Shown: positions 39,777 to 50,327 of the stretch, one piece after another
How positions within the stretch are numbered: the stretch's first letter is position 1
Layout of the letters: each line of letters starts with the position of its first letter
IMG/VR virus record: IMGVR_UViG_3300042275_000518
Location: 96,001 to 160,000 of that record
DNA: 64,000 bases
Strand: one strand, 5' to 3'
Source: a virus
Lineage: Duplodnaviria; Caudoviricetes
Position numbers and translations under genes: made by a program
The notes under the pieces: generated by a model
Database searches by the model: none
What the model was told of the DNA's origin: nothing
Seen by the model: the letters and a program-made list of their open reading frames with translations, nothing else

Positions 39777-40151
39777 TTATACTCGTTCATATGTTGAATT
39801 GAAAATGTCTTTGCTTACAACCCAACGGTCAGTAGGACTTGCCGAAACAATGAAATCACCAGGTTTAGCTTTCAATTTAGCTCCCCAACTTGTTTCAACG
39901 TATGTCATTTCTTCTGCAAGTTCTACATCAACAATTACTTTTTTCTTTCTCCCAATTCCTTCTGAAACTACATCATAATTCTTTTCAAATACGCTTGATT
40001 TCATAGGCCATACTTCACCTTCGACACCTACCATGCGATAGTCTCCCTTGTCATATGGTGCTGGACCTTCTTTTGTTTCTTCTGTTCCACTTGTTTCATA
40101 GATGCTAAATTTAACATCTACTGCTTTTTTGTAAGCTTTAAATTTTTCCAT
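39777..40151 (-). CDS. PGDYG-like protein
   Basis: Duplicated T.EG...GD..V.G..GE.WP...F...Y module. Confidence 0.7.
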   Translation of the reverse strand: MEKFKAYKKAVDVKFSIYETSGTEETKEGPAPYDKGDYRMVGVEGEVWPMKSSVFEKNYDVVSEGIGRKKKVIVDVELAEEMTYVETSWGAKLKAKPGDFIVSASPTDRWVVSKDIFNSTYERV

Positions 40152-40161
40152 AATTTCCTCC

Positions 40162-40479
40162 TTATTTTATTCTTTCAATATAGATAAATACTTTATTACT
40201 ATTTTGTAATCTAGTAATCTGTGCAAACATATCTTGTATAGATTTAGCATTCATTGCTATGTTTCCAACATTTTTGATTTGCGAATTTGTGACAGTATCT
40301 GGTGTATATTTTTTAACGTCTCCAACTCTCATAAAATCAATGTCTTCAAAAATTTCACTGATACCACGATAGTTTTGTGTTATTCTCTTTCGTATAACAG
40401 GTTCCAAATTATTTTCGTTAACAACTTGAATATTTTTAACTACACCATTATTTTTTTCATATACTTTAAAATCCATAAT
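40162..40479 (-). CDS. Hypothetical protein
   Basis: ORF in operon (start approximate). Confidence 0.6.
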   Translation of the reverse strand: MMDFKVYEKNNGVVKNIQVVNENNLEPVIRKRITQNYRGISEIFEDIDFMRVGDVKKYTPDTVTNSQIKNVGNIAMNAKSIQDMFAQITRLQNSNKVFIYIERIK

Positions 40480-41023
40480 TGCCTCCTTCATACTCTCTTT
40501 TTATTTTCTTCTTATCTTTTTTAATTGTTTTCAATCCAATTTTTAAATCGTAAACATCAATAATTTCAAATAATGATGTAAGCAATTTAAGAGTATCTTC
40601 ATGAAATACTCGATTATCCTTCGTTTGTAGATGATAATCTAATGGCATGTGTCGGTTCCAGTTTCCTTTATTGTATATCTTTCCAGCACCAATAAAATCG
40701 GCAACCATTTCTAGGACATACTTAAAAGGGACTTTTACACCATATACTTTTCCGTTCTTCCAGTCAGTCCAATACTCCCAATGATGTTTGTTCTTATTGT
40801 GGTGGTTTTGCCATGCATAAGAGTATCCTAGTTCACGTTTCTCAGCATCAATAGGACTTCTATTACCTTGGAAGTATTTGGCACTTCTGAAAAATTCTTT
40901 AAAGCTAAATTTAGAATTGTCATGCATCAAACCCTGCCAGAACAACCCCATTTTCCAACAATACCACATGATAACAAATTTGTGTTTTGTTATTGTTACT
41001 AAATGTTTCCAATATCTACTCAT
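40466..41023 (-). CDS. DUF5662-like HD-domain protein
   Basis: HK..V, HDNSKFS..EF, WQNHHNKNKHHWEYW, EMVAD. Confidence 0.8.
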   Translation of the reverse strand: MSRYWKHLVTITKHKFVIMWYCWKMGLFWQGLMHDNSKFSFKEFFRSAKYFQGNRSPIDAEKRELGYSYAWQNHHNKNKHHWEYWTDWKNGKVYGVKVPFKYVLEMVADFIGAGKIYNKGNWNRHMPLDYHLQTKDNRVFHEDTLKLLTSLFEIIDVYDLKIGLKTIKKDKKKIKREYEGGNYGF

Positions 41024-41025
41024 AA

Positions 41026-41760
41026 TTACGTTCTTATCTTTCTTGTATTTAAAAAGTTTAGTGTTAGACCTGCATTAAGATGCAATAATAATTTTTCGTC
41101 ATCTGTTAGTTCTTCTTTAACACGCATGACCATATTTTGAGTTACCTCAACGCCATTTTCCATGGCAGTAATCAACATATCTTTTGTTATATAATCTAGC
41201 TCTTTAATCAATGTTTTATCTTTTTCAAAAGCTATCTCACACATTTTTGGTGTTTGATGATGATATTTTATTTCTTTTATATACTTTGGTTGCTTTTCTA
41301 ATATTTTTTCAATAGAATCATTGCTTAGCTGCGGGTATATATCTTCAAAACCAATCCATCTAAAATTATTACTCAAAGCTGTTTCTATTTCATCTGCAGT
41401 ATATGAGTCAAATAAATGCTTATTGAATACATTATGTTTCTTACAAAGTTGCACAATTTCAGGAATCTTGTATGTATCCTCTTTCAGCAAATTCAAACCC
41501 CTTGTATCTGATTCTAAAAGTTCTACAAGCTTTTCTATTGACAACCTATTTACAAATTTTTCTAATGCAAAGAAACCTTGCTTCATAACATTGTATAATT
41601 TCAGTATGTCTTCTTCCGTAATCCATTCTGGTAGTTCTGATTGTTTGGATAAAACTGAAATATATGCAAAATTTTCATCCAGCATTTCCCTAGTTACTTC
41701 CTCGGGTTTAATTTTTTTATCAATTTTTATAGCTTCATCTAAAAATTCTTTCTGTGTCAT
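41026..41760 (-). CDS. Hypothetical protein (DUF4116-like repeat)
   Basis: QTPKMCEIAF-type repeat. Confidence 0.65.
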   Translation of the reverse strand: MTQKEFLDEAIKIDKKIKPEEVTREMLDENFAYISVLSKQSELPEWITEEDILKLYNVMKQGFFALEKFVNRLSIEKLVELLESDTRGLNLLKEDTYKIPEIVQLCKKHNVFNKHLFDSYTADEIETALSNNFRWIGFEDIYPQLSNDSIEKILEKQPKYIKEIKYHHQTPKMCEIAFEKDKTLIKELDYITKDMLITAMENGVEVTQNMVMRVKEELTDDEKLLLHLNAGLTLNFLNTRKIRT

Positions 41761-41763
41761 ATT

Positions 41764-42666
41764 CTACTCCTCTCTGATACTCTCCAATAAGGTATCATTA
41801 AATTTTTGATTTTTAAACATTTTGATTTCCTCTTTATATGGTGGTAAATCCCTTGTTGTCAAATCTTCTGTTAGAGGTATATAAGGTGTTTCCAATATTT
41901 TTGGCACATTAACGAAATCTGGATGGTTGACAATATGGTTCAAAGCTTCAAAACCAATATTACCAAGTCCGATATTTTCGTGTCGATCTTTTGCAGCACC
42001 TTTAACGTTTTTTGAATCGTTGACATGAATTACAGAAATATATTCTTTTCCTACAATTCTGTCAAACTCTTCTATAACACCATCGAAATCATTTTTTGTA
42101 TCATAACCTGCATCGTGGGTGTGGCATGTATCAAAACATACAGAGACTCTTTCTTTGTCTTCGACTAAATCAATAATCTTTGCAAGTTCCTCAAAAGTTC
42201 TTCCAACTTCTGTTCCTTTTCCAGCCATGGTTTCAAGAGCAATTTTAACATCTAATTCCTTAGTGTTTTCAATTACTGCATTTAAACCCTTTGCAATTAG
42301 TTCGATTGCTTCATCTGGTGTTTTCTTTAAACGTGCTCCTGGATGCAATACAATTTGTTTAGCTCCAATTACTGCAGTTCTCTGAACTTCTTCTGTTAAA
42401 AATTTAACTCCAAAGTCATGATTTGTTTCATTTGCTAGGTTTATAATATATGGTGCGTGCACAACTACATTTTCAGGTGAAATATTATTTTCTTCCATTA
42501 AGATTCTACCTTCTTCGATGAGCATTTCATCTGTTGGTCTCCTCTTTGTATTTTGTGGAGCTCCTGTATATATCATAAAAGCGTTTGCCTCATATGAAAG
42601 TGCTTCTTTAACAGCTCCTAAGAATTGTTCAGTACTATTCATAGAAACGTGACTTCCTAATATCAT
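41764..42666 (-). CDS. nfo: Endonuclease IV
   Basis: [46 protein letters not shown]. Confidence 0.95.
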   Translation of the reverse strand: MILGSHVSMNSTEQFLGAVKEALSYEANAFMIYTGAPQNTKRRPTDEMLIEEGRILMEENNISPENVVVHAPYIINLANETNHDFGVKFLTEEVQRTAVIGAKQIVLHPGARLKKTPDEAIELIAKGLNAVIENTKELDVKIALETMAGKGTEVGRTFEELAKIIDLVEDKERVSVCFDTCHTHDAGYDTKNDFDGVIEEFDRIVGKEYISVIHVNDSKNVKGAAKDRHENIGLGNIGFEALNHIVNHPDFVNVPKILETPYIPLTEDLTTRDLPPYKEEIKMFKNQKFNDTLLESIREE

Positions 42667-42678
42667 ATTATTCCTCCT

Positions 42679-43044
42679 CTAATAATTTAATTTAAACCAA
42701 AATTTTGCAGTTTCATCGTCTGGAAAATCTACAAATTCTAATGTTACATCTGGAGCGTATATATGAGCTGTATTAAGAAAGTAGAAATATTCAGCCTCAC
42801 TACTTCTATAATCAACATTCCATAAATAACGACCTCTTTCGTCAATTTTAATTAGTAGTCGTTTATCTCCAATTATTATCCGTTTGATTGCTATTCTAAT
42901 TAATTTTTTAATTTCAGCATTATCAATTTCAATACCATCTATTGTAAAATTGAGGTTTTTAATATGCTTGCTATTATCAACAGTTTCAAATAAACAGTAA
43001 AAATAATCATCATCATAACTAAATTTTGCAAGTGTATATATCAT
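42679..43044 (-). CDS. Hypothetical protein with shared C-terminal motif
   Basis: Ends DDETAKFWFKLNY. Confidence 0.7.
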   Translation of the reverse strand: MIYTLAKFSYDDDYFYCLFETVDNSKHIKNLNFTIDGIEIDNAEIKKLIRIAIKRIIIGDKRLLIKIDERGRYLWNVDYRSSEAEYFYFLNTAHIYAPDVTLEFVDFPDDETAKFWFKLNY

Positions 43045-43057
43045 AAAAATCACCTTC

Positions 43058-43360
43058 TTAATAATTTAATTTAAACCATAATAATGCGTCTTCGTCATCG
43101 TTGAATTCATGAACATCTTTCAACATACAATTAACAAAGCTAATAGTCATACTGCGACCATAATAGTTTATATAATATACATATTCTTCATTATGAATAT
43201 TAAAGAATTCTCTTCCTGTAAGAGGTTCATCTATTTTAAAACTTCGAAGACCTGTTCCCCTTAAATGGTCAGCAGGGGTTATTTCTTTTTCTAATCTAAC
43301 TAAAGCATTTACTTCTTGATTTTTTGAATCATCATTTATTTTTATAACTGTATAAATCAT
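43058..43360 (-). CDS. Hypothetical protein with shared C-terminal motif
   Basis: Ends DDEDALLWFKLNY. Confidence 0.7.
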   Translation of the reverse strand: MIYTVIKINDDSKNQEVNALVRLEKEITPADHLRGTGLRSFKIDEPLTGREFFNIHNEEYVYYINYYGRSMTISFVNCMLKDVHEFNDDEDALLWFKLNY

Positions 43361-43427
43361 AATAACCCCCTAATAATTTAACATCCATAATTTTCTCCTA
43401 AAAATAAGATATCCATCGGATATCTTA

Positions 43428-43718
43428 TTATAATTTTAAAAATAATAGTACTTCATCATTTCCCTCAAATAAATTAAGTATTTCCTCATCCACTGCGAGT
43501 AATTCTTTTTCAACTTTGGACAGAAAATCTATTATAAATTCATTTGTGAGCTGATATGCATAATTCAGCAAGAATATTTTTGCTGTTGTAAATGTAGCAC
43601 CGTCACTCTCATTCAAGAAACCTATTAGTTCAAATATTCGGTCAGGTTCATCACTAAAATCAGTGGAAATGACCATATGCTCTACAAGTTCTTGAAACTT
43701 TGATTTCATTGCTCCCAT
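43428..43718 (-). CDS. Hypothetical protein with shared C-terminal motif
   Basis: Ends DEVLLFLKL. Confidence 0.7.
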   Translation of the reverse strand: MGAMKSKFQELVEHMVISTDFSDEPDRIFELIGFLNESDGATFTTAKIFLLNYAYQLTNEFIIDFLSKVEKELLAVDEEILNLFEGNDEVLLFLKL

Positions 43719-43768
43719 AATTCACCTCGAATAAATTAATATATAATTAATTTTTCCGAAGTTTTTAA

Positions 43769-44134
43769 TTAATTATAAAAATCCGTTAGTCTAATAAATA
43801 ACCTAATAGGTTCGGATAATATTATACTTTCATCATTGAGTATGGTGAATAGAAAATTATACATGTCATAAGGTCTTCTACCGAAATCACAATATCTATT
43901 ATAATATTTTATTAATTCATCTGTAAATATACTGACAAATTCTTCATCTTCCTGTAATTCTTTTCTGATGTATTTTATATTTCTGATATCTTTTCTTATT
44001 GATGTTATTGCTTTTTCTAAGGTAATATATTCATATGATAAGAATGAGATATCAAGATTTCTTTCAAGTGCATCGATCAAATCTTTTCTTCCACTTTTGT
44101 ATACTGCATCGATATACTTTTTTGTATATTTCAC
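43769..44134 (-). CDS. Hypothetical protein, paralog of 44198-44572
   Basis: YTKKYI.A.Y.S.RKDLI N-terminus; ends IRLFIRL. Confidence 0.7.
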   Translation of the reverse strand: MKYTKKYIDAVYKSGRKDLIDALERNLDISFLSYEYITLEKAITSIRKDIRNIKYIRKELQEDEEFVSIFTDELIKYYNRYCDFGRRPYDMYNFLFTILNDESIILSEPIRLFIRLTDFYN

Positions 44135-44197
44135 TATTTCCCTCCTAATATCTTAATGCTAAAAATAATCTTAAAATATAATTAATTTTTCTGGGGT

Positions 44198-44572
44198 TTA
44201 AAAGTTTAGTCTAATAAATAATTTGATATCTTCTGATTTTAAGCTATCAGCACTATTTATAATCCTATCTAATATAAAAGAATTCATAATCACATTAAAT
44301 ATATCAGAATTTTTATTAGCTTTTCTATATGTTAGCTGCTGAAGAAGCTCTATAAATGCTTCAATAAATTTCTGAGAATTCTGAACTTCTTCGCTCAAAT
44401 TAAATACTTCAAATGGTTCGAATCTAACAATCTTAATTGCTGCATCAACTGTAATTTTATCAATTGGAAGCATTGGGATATTGTGTGGAATTAAATCATT
44501 TTCAATTTTTTCAATTAAATCTTTTCTTCTACTGTCATAGATTGCGTTGATATATTTCTTTGTATAACTCAT
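44198..44572 (-). CDS. Hypothetical protein, paralog of 43769-44134
   Basis: Ends EDIKLFIRLNF. Confidence 0.7.
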   Translation of the reverse strand: MSYTKKYINAIYDSRRKDLIEKIENDLIPHNIPMLPIDKITVDAAIKIVRFEPFEVFNLSEEVQNSQKFIEAFIELLQQLTYRKANKNSDIFNVIMNSFILDRIINSADSLKSEDIKLFIRLNF

Positions 44573-44584
44573 TTTATTCCTCCT

Positions 44585-44989
44585 TTAATAATTTAATCTT
44601 AAATATAGTTCTAGTTCTTCTGTAATGCTTTCAAATCTTAGCAATGCTCTTTTTATAGAATTCCAAAAAATAACATCTGTATAGTCTTCATTTTCTTTTA
44701 CTAATTTTAAGAATAAATCTAAATCAATAATATCTGTATAAAGCATTGTGTACATAACGCCATCTATTTCCTCGTTTTTAACAAGGTCCCTAGCTATTTC
44801 TCGAATAGTTAAATCTAATCGATTTGGATGGTCAAGTTTAAAAAATTCCATGTAATCTTTGTTATGTGTACCATGCTCAACTGAGAGTAGTTCAAAATTT
44901 CCATCAGTTGTATCATTATAGAACGTAATAAGTTCTTCGCACATAATCGCTATTCTATTACTATAATCTTGCATTTCATCAGCTCCCAT
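44585..44989 (-). CDS. Hypothetical protein with shared C-terminal motif
   Basis: Ends EELELYLRLNY. Confidence 0.7.
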   Translation of the reverse strand: MGADEMQDYSNRIAIMCEELITFYNDTTDGNFELLSVEHGTHNKDYMEFFKLDHPNRLDLTIREIARDLVKNEEIDGVMYTMLYTDIIDLDLFLKLVKENEDYTDVIFWNSIKRALLRFESITEELELYLRLNY

Positions 44990-45118
44990 AATTTAATCTA
45001 CCTTTCCTAATATCTAATCTTATAATATATAAATATTTAATTTTTTATAAATCTTAAAACACATTATTAAGGACTCTCATTGTGTCCTAAAAATAAAACG
45101 AAAAGGAGAAAAAGTACA

Positions 45119-46177
45119 ATGAACAGTAAAAACGGGCAAGGTGCCAAAAACACAGCAACTCAAAAAAAGACATTTGGGTATGCATGCGGGGATATTGAAA
45201 CGAGAAGTTCACTATCACCAGAAGACGATTTCAAAATTTTTAATGAGGTCGCTTTCAATTTTAAACGTCTTTATATTAAAGACGGAGTTAAGTTTATCGA
45301 TGGTTTCTATAAAGGAAAGGACATCGAAGAGTTAATGAATAATGAATATTATCTGATTCATACTACAAAAATCAGAGACAAAGAGTATGTATTTAATGAT
45401 ATCTTATTCACAAGTATTTACAATGTCGATTTTGAAACAAGGGATATCACCTTTAAAGTTATTCCACTTGCAAATGAAGACAAGAGAGAAGTATTTTACT
45501 CATACTTCAAGAAAGTCTATAAGGAAAAGAAAATCGAAAGTCCTTATAAAGAATTTGAGTTAGACGAGTCAGTTGAGAAAGAGTTCTTATTTAAGTATCT
45601 GTATGAATCATTAGAATTTGAAACAGATAGTAAATTAGCACCGTTGAAAAACACTATTCTTGACATGCAGTTAGGAAAAGTTAAATCCTACAAGGAAATT
45701 ATCTTTGGCGCACTTAATATGGAAAAAATGATTCAAGACTTCTTTGGATTTATCAAAGAACAAAAAAACAAAAAGAGTCCTGACATCGTAAGGGATATTT
45801 ATATTTATCATATTTATGAATATAGACACTATTATCCATACTATCAATATCCATATTATTATTTAAGTTCAACTCCAACATGGACAACAACTACTACTGC
45901 AACACCAAGTTGGAACTATAACGCTCTAACTAGTTCATCTACAACTTTAACAGGTACGATGAGCGGCGATTTAACTATGAATTCTGGTGTGGCAACAACA
46001 GGTTACAGCACTACACTAAATGAATTAGATGCATTAGACGCAACAACTTCGTATTATAGTACTGCGACTACTTCATCAACTTCACAAGATTTCTCATTAG
46101 AATATGAAGGAAGCATGGACAACAAGATTGACGATTTATATTCAAAATTATCAAAAATCAATGAAAATAACCTGTAA
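45119..46177 (+). CDS. Late hypothetical protein with Y-rich and T/S-rich tail
   Basis: ORF with AGGAG RBS and late promoter. Confidence 0.75.
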   Translation: MNSKNGQGAKNTATQKKTFGYACGDIETRSSLSPEDDFKIFNEVAFNFKRLYIKDGVKFIDGFYKGKDIEELMNNEYYLIHTTKIRDKEYVFNDILFTSIYNVDFETRDITFKVIPLANEDKREVFYSYFKKVYKEKKIESPYKEFELDESVEKEFLFKYLYESLEFETDSKLAPLKNTILDMQLGKVKSYKEIIFGALNMEKMIQDFFGFIKEQKNKKSPDIVRDIYIYHIYEYRHYYPYYQYPYYYLSSTPTWTTTTTATPSWNYNALTSSSTTLTGTMSGDLTMNSGVATTGYSTTLNELDALDATTSYYSTATTSSTSQDFSLEYEGSMDNKIDDLYSKLSKINENNL

Positions 46178-46251
46178 GGGTTATTTTCTCTTTTATAATT
46201 AAAAGCATAGTGAAACAATTAATTATATGAATCAAATTAAGGAGTGATATT

Positions 46252-46602
46252 ATGACAACAGCTCAAATCACAGAAATATTAGGTGTAAGCAATTTAGACG
46301 CACGTGTTTATATACCAGAAATGGATTTTATCAGCTATGGCAAAGATAAGAACGTGACCTTCTCAGAAATCAAAAGAGTTAGATTTTTCTTTGATACTAC
46401 GAATGAGGTTCTAGAAGTTAGTTTATGTCGTCCATACAGTGAGAATCTTTCTGATATTCCAGCACATGGTCAATATGATATTATAAATCACAAAGGTAAG
46501 GACTATGTTTTCGAATATTTAGTTGACGCAAATGGAGACCTTATTGTTGATTATTATGGTTTTGAATCTATAATGCTTATCAATTTAAGGAAGGTGAATT
46601 AA
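46252..46602 (+). CDS. Late hypothetical (putative virion) protein, paralog family
   Basis: MTTAQI..IL...FFDTTNEVL. Confidence 0.7.
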   Translation: MTTAQITEILGVSNLDARVYIPEMDFISYGKDKNVTFSEIKRVRFFFDTTNEVLEVSLCRPYSENLSDIPAHGQYDIINHKGKDYVFEYLVDANGDLIVDYYGFESIMLINLRKVN

Positions 46603-46603
46603 T

Positions 46604-46933
46604 ATGACAGCACAAGCAATCGAAGCAGTATTAGCTGAACTTAATGCACAATTCACTGGACTATATGACAACACTGGATATCCATGGTTAGAAGCAGACC
46701 ACATCGCATCTATTGTATTAGCAAACAACGAAAGTTTATATCCAGACAAAACAGAGCAAGTTAAATTTGATACAGTTAATGAAATTATGTATATGAGAAG
46801 CGGAAATTATGTTGATGACGTATTTGTTGAAGACTATGTGTCATCTGCAATAAATTACAGTTTAATTGCAGCAATTATTTTGGTTCAACCGGAACATAGA
46901 AAATCTGCATATAAATACGGCGCTCAGGTATAG
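46604..46933 (+). CDS. Late hypothetical protein, paralog family
   Basis: MTAQAI..VL...VKFDTVNEIM. Confidence 0.7.
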   Translation: MTAQAIEAVLAELNAQFTGLYDNTGYPWLEADHIASIVLANNESLYPDKTEQVKFDTVNEIMYMRSGNYVDDVFVEDYVSSAINYSLIAAIILVQPEHRKSAYKYGAQV

Positions 46934-46943
46934 GAGGTATATT

Positions 46944-47570
46944 ATGGAAATTACTACATTACAAAATATGCTTACTAGTATGAGCATCCCTGAAAACACT
47001 TGGGTAAGCGATAAGGAATTATTCCTCGTAAATCTTCCAAGTGACGGGAACCATTACAACCACTATTATGAACAAATGCTTTACTTTGATACTACAAACG
47101 GAGTATTGAAAATTAAATTCTATAACTTCCGTCTGGCGAGTTCAAAATTCTTTTCAGTAGAACAAGTTGACAGTACTAATTTTAATATTAAACATAACAC
47201 ATTTGGATACTATGGAATAGATGAAAGAAAAGACCTAGGAAAAATGAGAAATCCAAAAGTTGGCGATTATGTATACACTATTAATTCGGCAGGAGCATAT
47301 ATTGCAGCCTCAAAAATTATTGCAATAACAGCATCAACGATGCAAATTGAAACAGCACTAACAATTGGCGCAGGTGAAAAACTTTGCTATGCAGATGGAA
47401 CGGTATTAGTACCAGGTGTATCTATGTTTAATCCAATTGAATCAGGAGATATTTTAGAATCACTTGCAAATGATAGCCAAATTCTATACAGAAAACCAAA
47501 AACAATTTATACAGCAGATGATTATATATTCGTGGACAATATAAACGGATTTTCTTTAATAAGATACTAA
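46944..47570 (+). CDS. Late hypothetical protein, paralog family
   Basis: LYFDTTNGVL, PKVGD. Confidence 0.7.
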   Translation: MEITTLQNMLTSMSIPENTWVSDKELFLVNLPSDGNHYNHYYEQMLYFDTTNGVLKIKFYNFRLASSKFFSVEQVDSTNFNIKHNTFGYYGIDERKDLGKMRNPKVGDYVYTINSAGAYIAASKIIAITASTMQIETALTIGAGEKLCYADGTVLVPGVSMFNPIESGDILESLANDSQILYRKPKTIYTADDYIFVDNINGFSLIRY

Positions 47571-47582
47571 GGGTGTGCACAT

Positions 47583-48161
47583 GTGAAGAGAGAAGAGTAT
47601 GAAGAAATAATGAGTGGACTTAAAATGGATGAATGGTTAGAAACCACACAAGATATATATCTAAAATCCGGCATGAGTTTTCATTCAGACCCAGAGCACA
47701 AAAGATATCTATATCAGAATAAGAAAATCTTAGTACAGCACGGAACTTCTGAATTATACGGAGACAGACTAAAAGGGCTAAGAATGGTCTCTGGTGATTA
47801 TACCACTCTCACATTCGACAAAGAACAGTTTAAATTTAATTTTAGACCACCAAAAGTCGGAGACACTTTAATATTAGTTGAGAATGGAAAAATCATAGCT
47901 TCTTCTCCTATAATGGAAATAAACGGTGATATAAACGGATACAGAATCACACTTGCAATTCCGGTGCCGATGAGAAAAAACGTTATTGTATCGTTCTACG
48001 ACACAAATATATACAGAGAAAATAAATCATATTGCATGCACAATACTCTTGGGCCTGGTGTGTTTAAGTACTATAAACCTAATCCAAGTAAAAAACAATA
48101 TAAAAATGAACCATATCATCAAATTATAAAAATCAAACAGATAGAAAGAATTGAGGTGTAA
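47583..48161 (+). CDS. Late hypothetical protein, paralog family
   Basis: PKVGD...IASS.I shared with the previous ORF. Confidence 0.7.
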   Translation: MKREEYEEIMSGLKMDEWLETTQDIYLKSGMSFHSDPEHKRYLYQNKKILVQHGTSELYGDRLKGLRMVSGDYTTLTFDKEQFKFNFRPPKVGDTLILVENGKIIASSPIMEINGDINGYRITLAIPVPMRKNVIVSFYDTNIYRENKSYCMHNTLGPGVFKYYKPNPSKKQYKNEPYHQIIKIKQIERIEV

Positions 48162-48163
48162 GT

Positions 48164-48529
48164 ATGACACAAAGCCAAGTAAATTATATACTATCCACAA
48201 AAGGACTTCCATTAAACCAATGGTTGACACTCGAGGGAACTTTTAAATATATGACTATGAACTCGGATAAGAATTTATATTACTATCCACAAGCAGTTCA
48301 ATTTTATTTCTCGCAAAGAAACTATTTACTAGTTAGAAATACAACTGGAAATCCAACACTTTATACAGGTGGAGCGGTTCCAACAGGTTCTGTACTTATC
48401 CCTCATGATGGAAAACAATATATGGTACAATTAGAAAAAGGTGGCAAAATTGATGCTTCGGCTGATGCTGCTGGTGTATATCACGATATAATTTCATATG
48501 AGAGTATATCTGGCATTTTCTACAAATAA
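48164..48529 (+). CDS. Late hypothetical protein, paralog family
   Basis: MTQSQV.YIL...N.W...QFYF. Confidence 0.7.
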   Translation: MTQSQVNYILSTKGLPLNQWLTLEGTFKYMTMNSDKNLYYYPQAVQFYFSQRNYLLVRNTTGNPTLYTGGAVPTGSVLIPHDGKQYMVQLEKGGKIDASADAAGVYHDIISYESISGIFYK

Positions 48530-48560
48530 AAAAAAAAGATAACCGAAAGGTTATCTTTAA
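48528..48560. terminator. Bidirectional intrinsic terminator between convergent blocks
   Basis: A-tract AAAGATAACC-GAAA-GGTTATCTTT. Confidence 0.75.
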
Positions 48561-48949
48561 ACTAACTCCTTGAGTTTAATTTTTTCAATTAGCTCATCAT
48601 TTGAAGAGTTAATCAAAAATGTAGCATTTTTACCTACTTTAAAGCCATAGTTTTTATTACTATGCATACTGACAATGGTAGTTATAATATTAACTAGCCT
48701 ATCAATATTTGTAATGCTTTCTTTGGCTTCTCTTCTCATATTAAGAGTAAGTTTTAATTTTGATGCTAATTTTAGCATCTTTGCACCACTTAACTTCTCG
48801 AGTTCTAATACGTGGTAGATATCAGAAATTAATAAGTCAAGTCTAGATAAATTTGCCAACGCCTTTTCTTTGTTCTTGTTTAGCCTATCTCTTTCAGCAA
48901 CAAGTTCTGCTTTGGACATGCTAAAGTATTGATTTGTTTTATCTTCCAT
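48557..48949 (-). CDS. Hypothetical coiled-coil protein
   Basis: D..ISDIYH.LE motif, 130 aa. Confidence 0.7.
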   Translation of the reverse strand: MEDKTNQYFSMSKAELVAERDRLNKNKEKALANLSRLDLLISDIYHVLELEKLSGAKMLKLASKLKLTLNMRREAKESITNIDRLVNIITTIVSMHSNKNYGFKVGKNATFLINSSNDELIEKIKLKELV

Positions 48950-49039
48950 TTTTACACTTCCTTTCTATATTTATAATATATAGATAAATATTAACGAAAT
49001 ACAAAAAAAAGAATATCAAAAGATATTCTTTTATTTTTT

Positions 49040-49330
49040 TTATACTCTACGTAAAAATTTTCCGTTATAATACTCACCAATATAGGCTACATTACTTTTA
49101 CGTTTTGCATATTTTCTTGCTCGTGCTTTATTGTATAATGGTCTACTGATATGACCATTCTCGTAATGCACATGGTAGCTAGTAACTTGCGGAGTTGATG
49201 ACAGCATGGCTTTTTGTTCCTCTGTTGGAATAACTGGTTCTAATTCTGAACCGTTCTCGCTGATTTTGTTAATACGAAAATAACGCCCTCTTATGAAAAT
49301 AATTTCTCCCTCTATAACTTTGTAGCTCAT
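49040..49330 (-). CDS. Hypothetical protein
   Basis: 96-aa ORF. Confidence 0.65.
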   Translation of the reverse strand: MSYKVIEGEIIFIRGRYFRINKISENGSELEPVIPTEEQKAMLSSTPQVTSYHVHYENGHISRPLYNKARARKYAKRKSNVAYIGEYYNGKFLRRV

Positions 49331-49356
49331 TTAAAAACTAATCCCCTTTCTATTTT

Positions 49357-50313
49357 TTATTTTTCAGTAATTCTACTGATGTCATCAATTTTTGCAAATT
49401 CTTGTATATAATATATTGTTCTTGTATCTAAATTATTGCTTTTTTCAGTCTTTTCTGTTAAACCATTGTGGGCATTCATATGTTGATATATTACTTCCAA
49501 GACTATTGTTTTAATATCCTCTGGCATATCTGATACTTCAGAAAACGCCTTTAGTGCGTACATCGCTGATACAAATTGATGGTTAAAATATCTGCCACCA
49601 TTTTTTGTGATTGACTTTCCTAAGTCATGAAATATTGCCGTAATTTTAAGCACTTTATCATCACCAGCATTTTCTATACACATATTAATATGCTCTTCAA
49701 TGCTTTCTAGATGATATGGTGTATCATGTGGACCAAATAGATTTTTCATTTCTTTTCTATACTCTGGGCCAACATAACCTATAAACTCTCTTAATGAATT
49801 TACATTAAGAAGCCTAGTATAAGTCATTCCAGGTATAAAGAAATTAGTTTCTCCTTTTACGATTATATCGTCACAATCAACTCCAACTCGTGGAATTTGA
49901 ACTGTTTGATACATTCTCATTAGTGCATCAAATGGAACTTGACTTTCTTCATCTTTACTCTTATTATTTTGCTTAATAACAGAGAATGGTTCGACAAATA
50001 TTACAGCCCTAACATCAACTTTTCTTGACATTTTAGGTAGTATTGTATTATAGAAATATTTTCTCTTCTTTCTATTTAAATTTGTCGCATCATAGATAAC
50101 GTCTCCTATTTGTATGCTGTCATCAATTCTATTATGAAGTTCGTTAAATACTAATTGATGATCAGCTTTCTCTTGTTTTTCAAGAGTATTAAATAGTTCT
50201 TTCCTAATTTTATCTGAGCTCACGGTAATGTGTTCTGTCATCTTAGATGTAAATCTTGATTTACCTGAACCCGAAGCTCCTATTAGGAAAAGGAGCTCAT
50301 TTCGTTTGTTCAT
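49357..50313 (-). CDS. Polynucleotide kinase (AAA_33) + HD-domain protein
   Basis: GASGSGKS, SSDKIR, YDATN; HLESIEEH...FHDLGK...HM. Confidence 0.85.
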   Translation of the reverse strand: MNKRNELLFLIGASGSGKSRFTSKMTEHITVSSDKIRKELFNTLEKQEKADHQLVFNELHNRIDDSIQIGDVIYDATNLNRKKRKYFYNTILPKMSRKVDVRAVIFVEPFSVIKQNNKSKDEESQVPFDALMRMYQTVQIPRVGVDCDDIIVKGETNFFIPGMTYTRLLNVNSLREFIGYVGPEYRKEMKNLFGPHDTPYHLESIEEHINMCIENAGDDKVLKITAIFHDLGKSITKNGGRYFNHQFVSAMYALKAFSEVSDMPEDIKTIVLEVIYQHMNAHNGLTEKTEKSNNLDTRTIYYIQEFAKIDDISRITEK

Positions 50314-50327
50314 ATGAGAACTCCTTT

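Noticed and set aside
41321-41809. Plus-strand 162-aa ORF (and similar antisense ORFs such as 60907-61476, 55452-55841)
   Set aside because: Antisense shadows of well-formed minus-strand genes; no RBS, atypical composition
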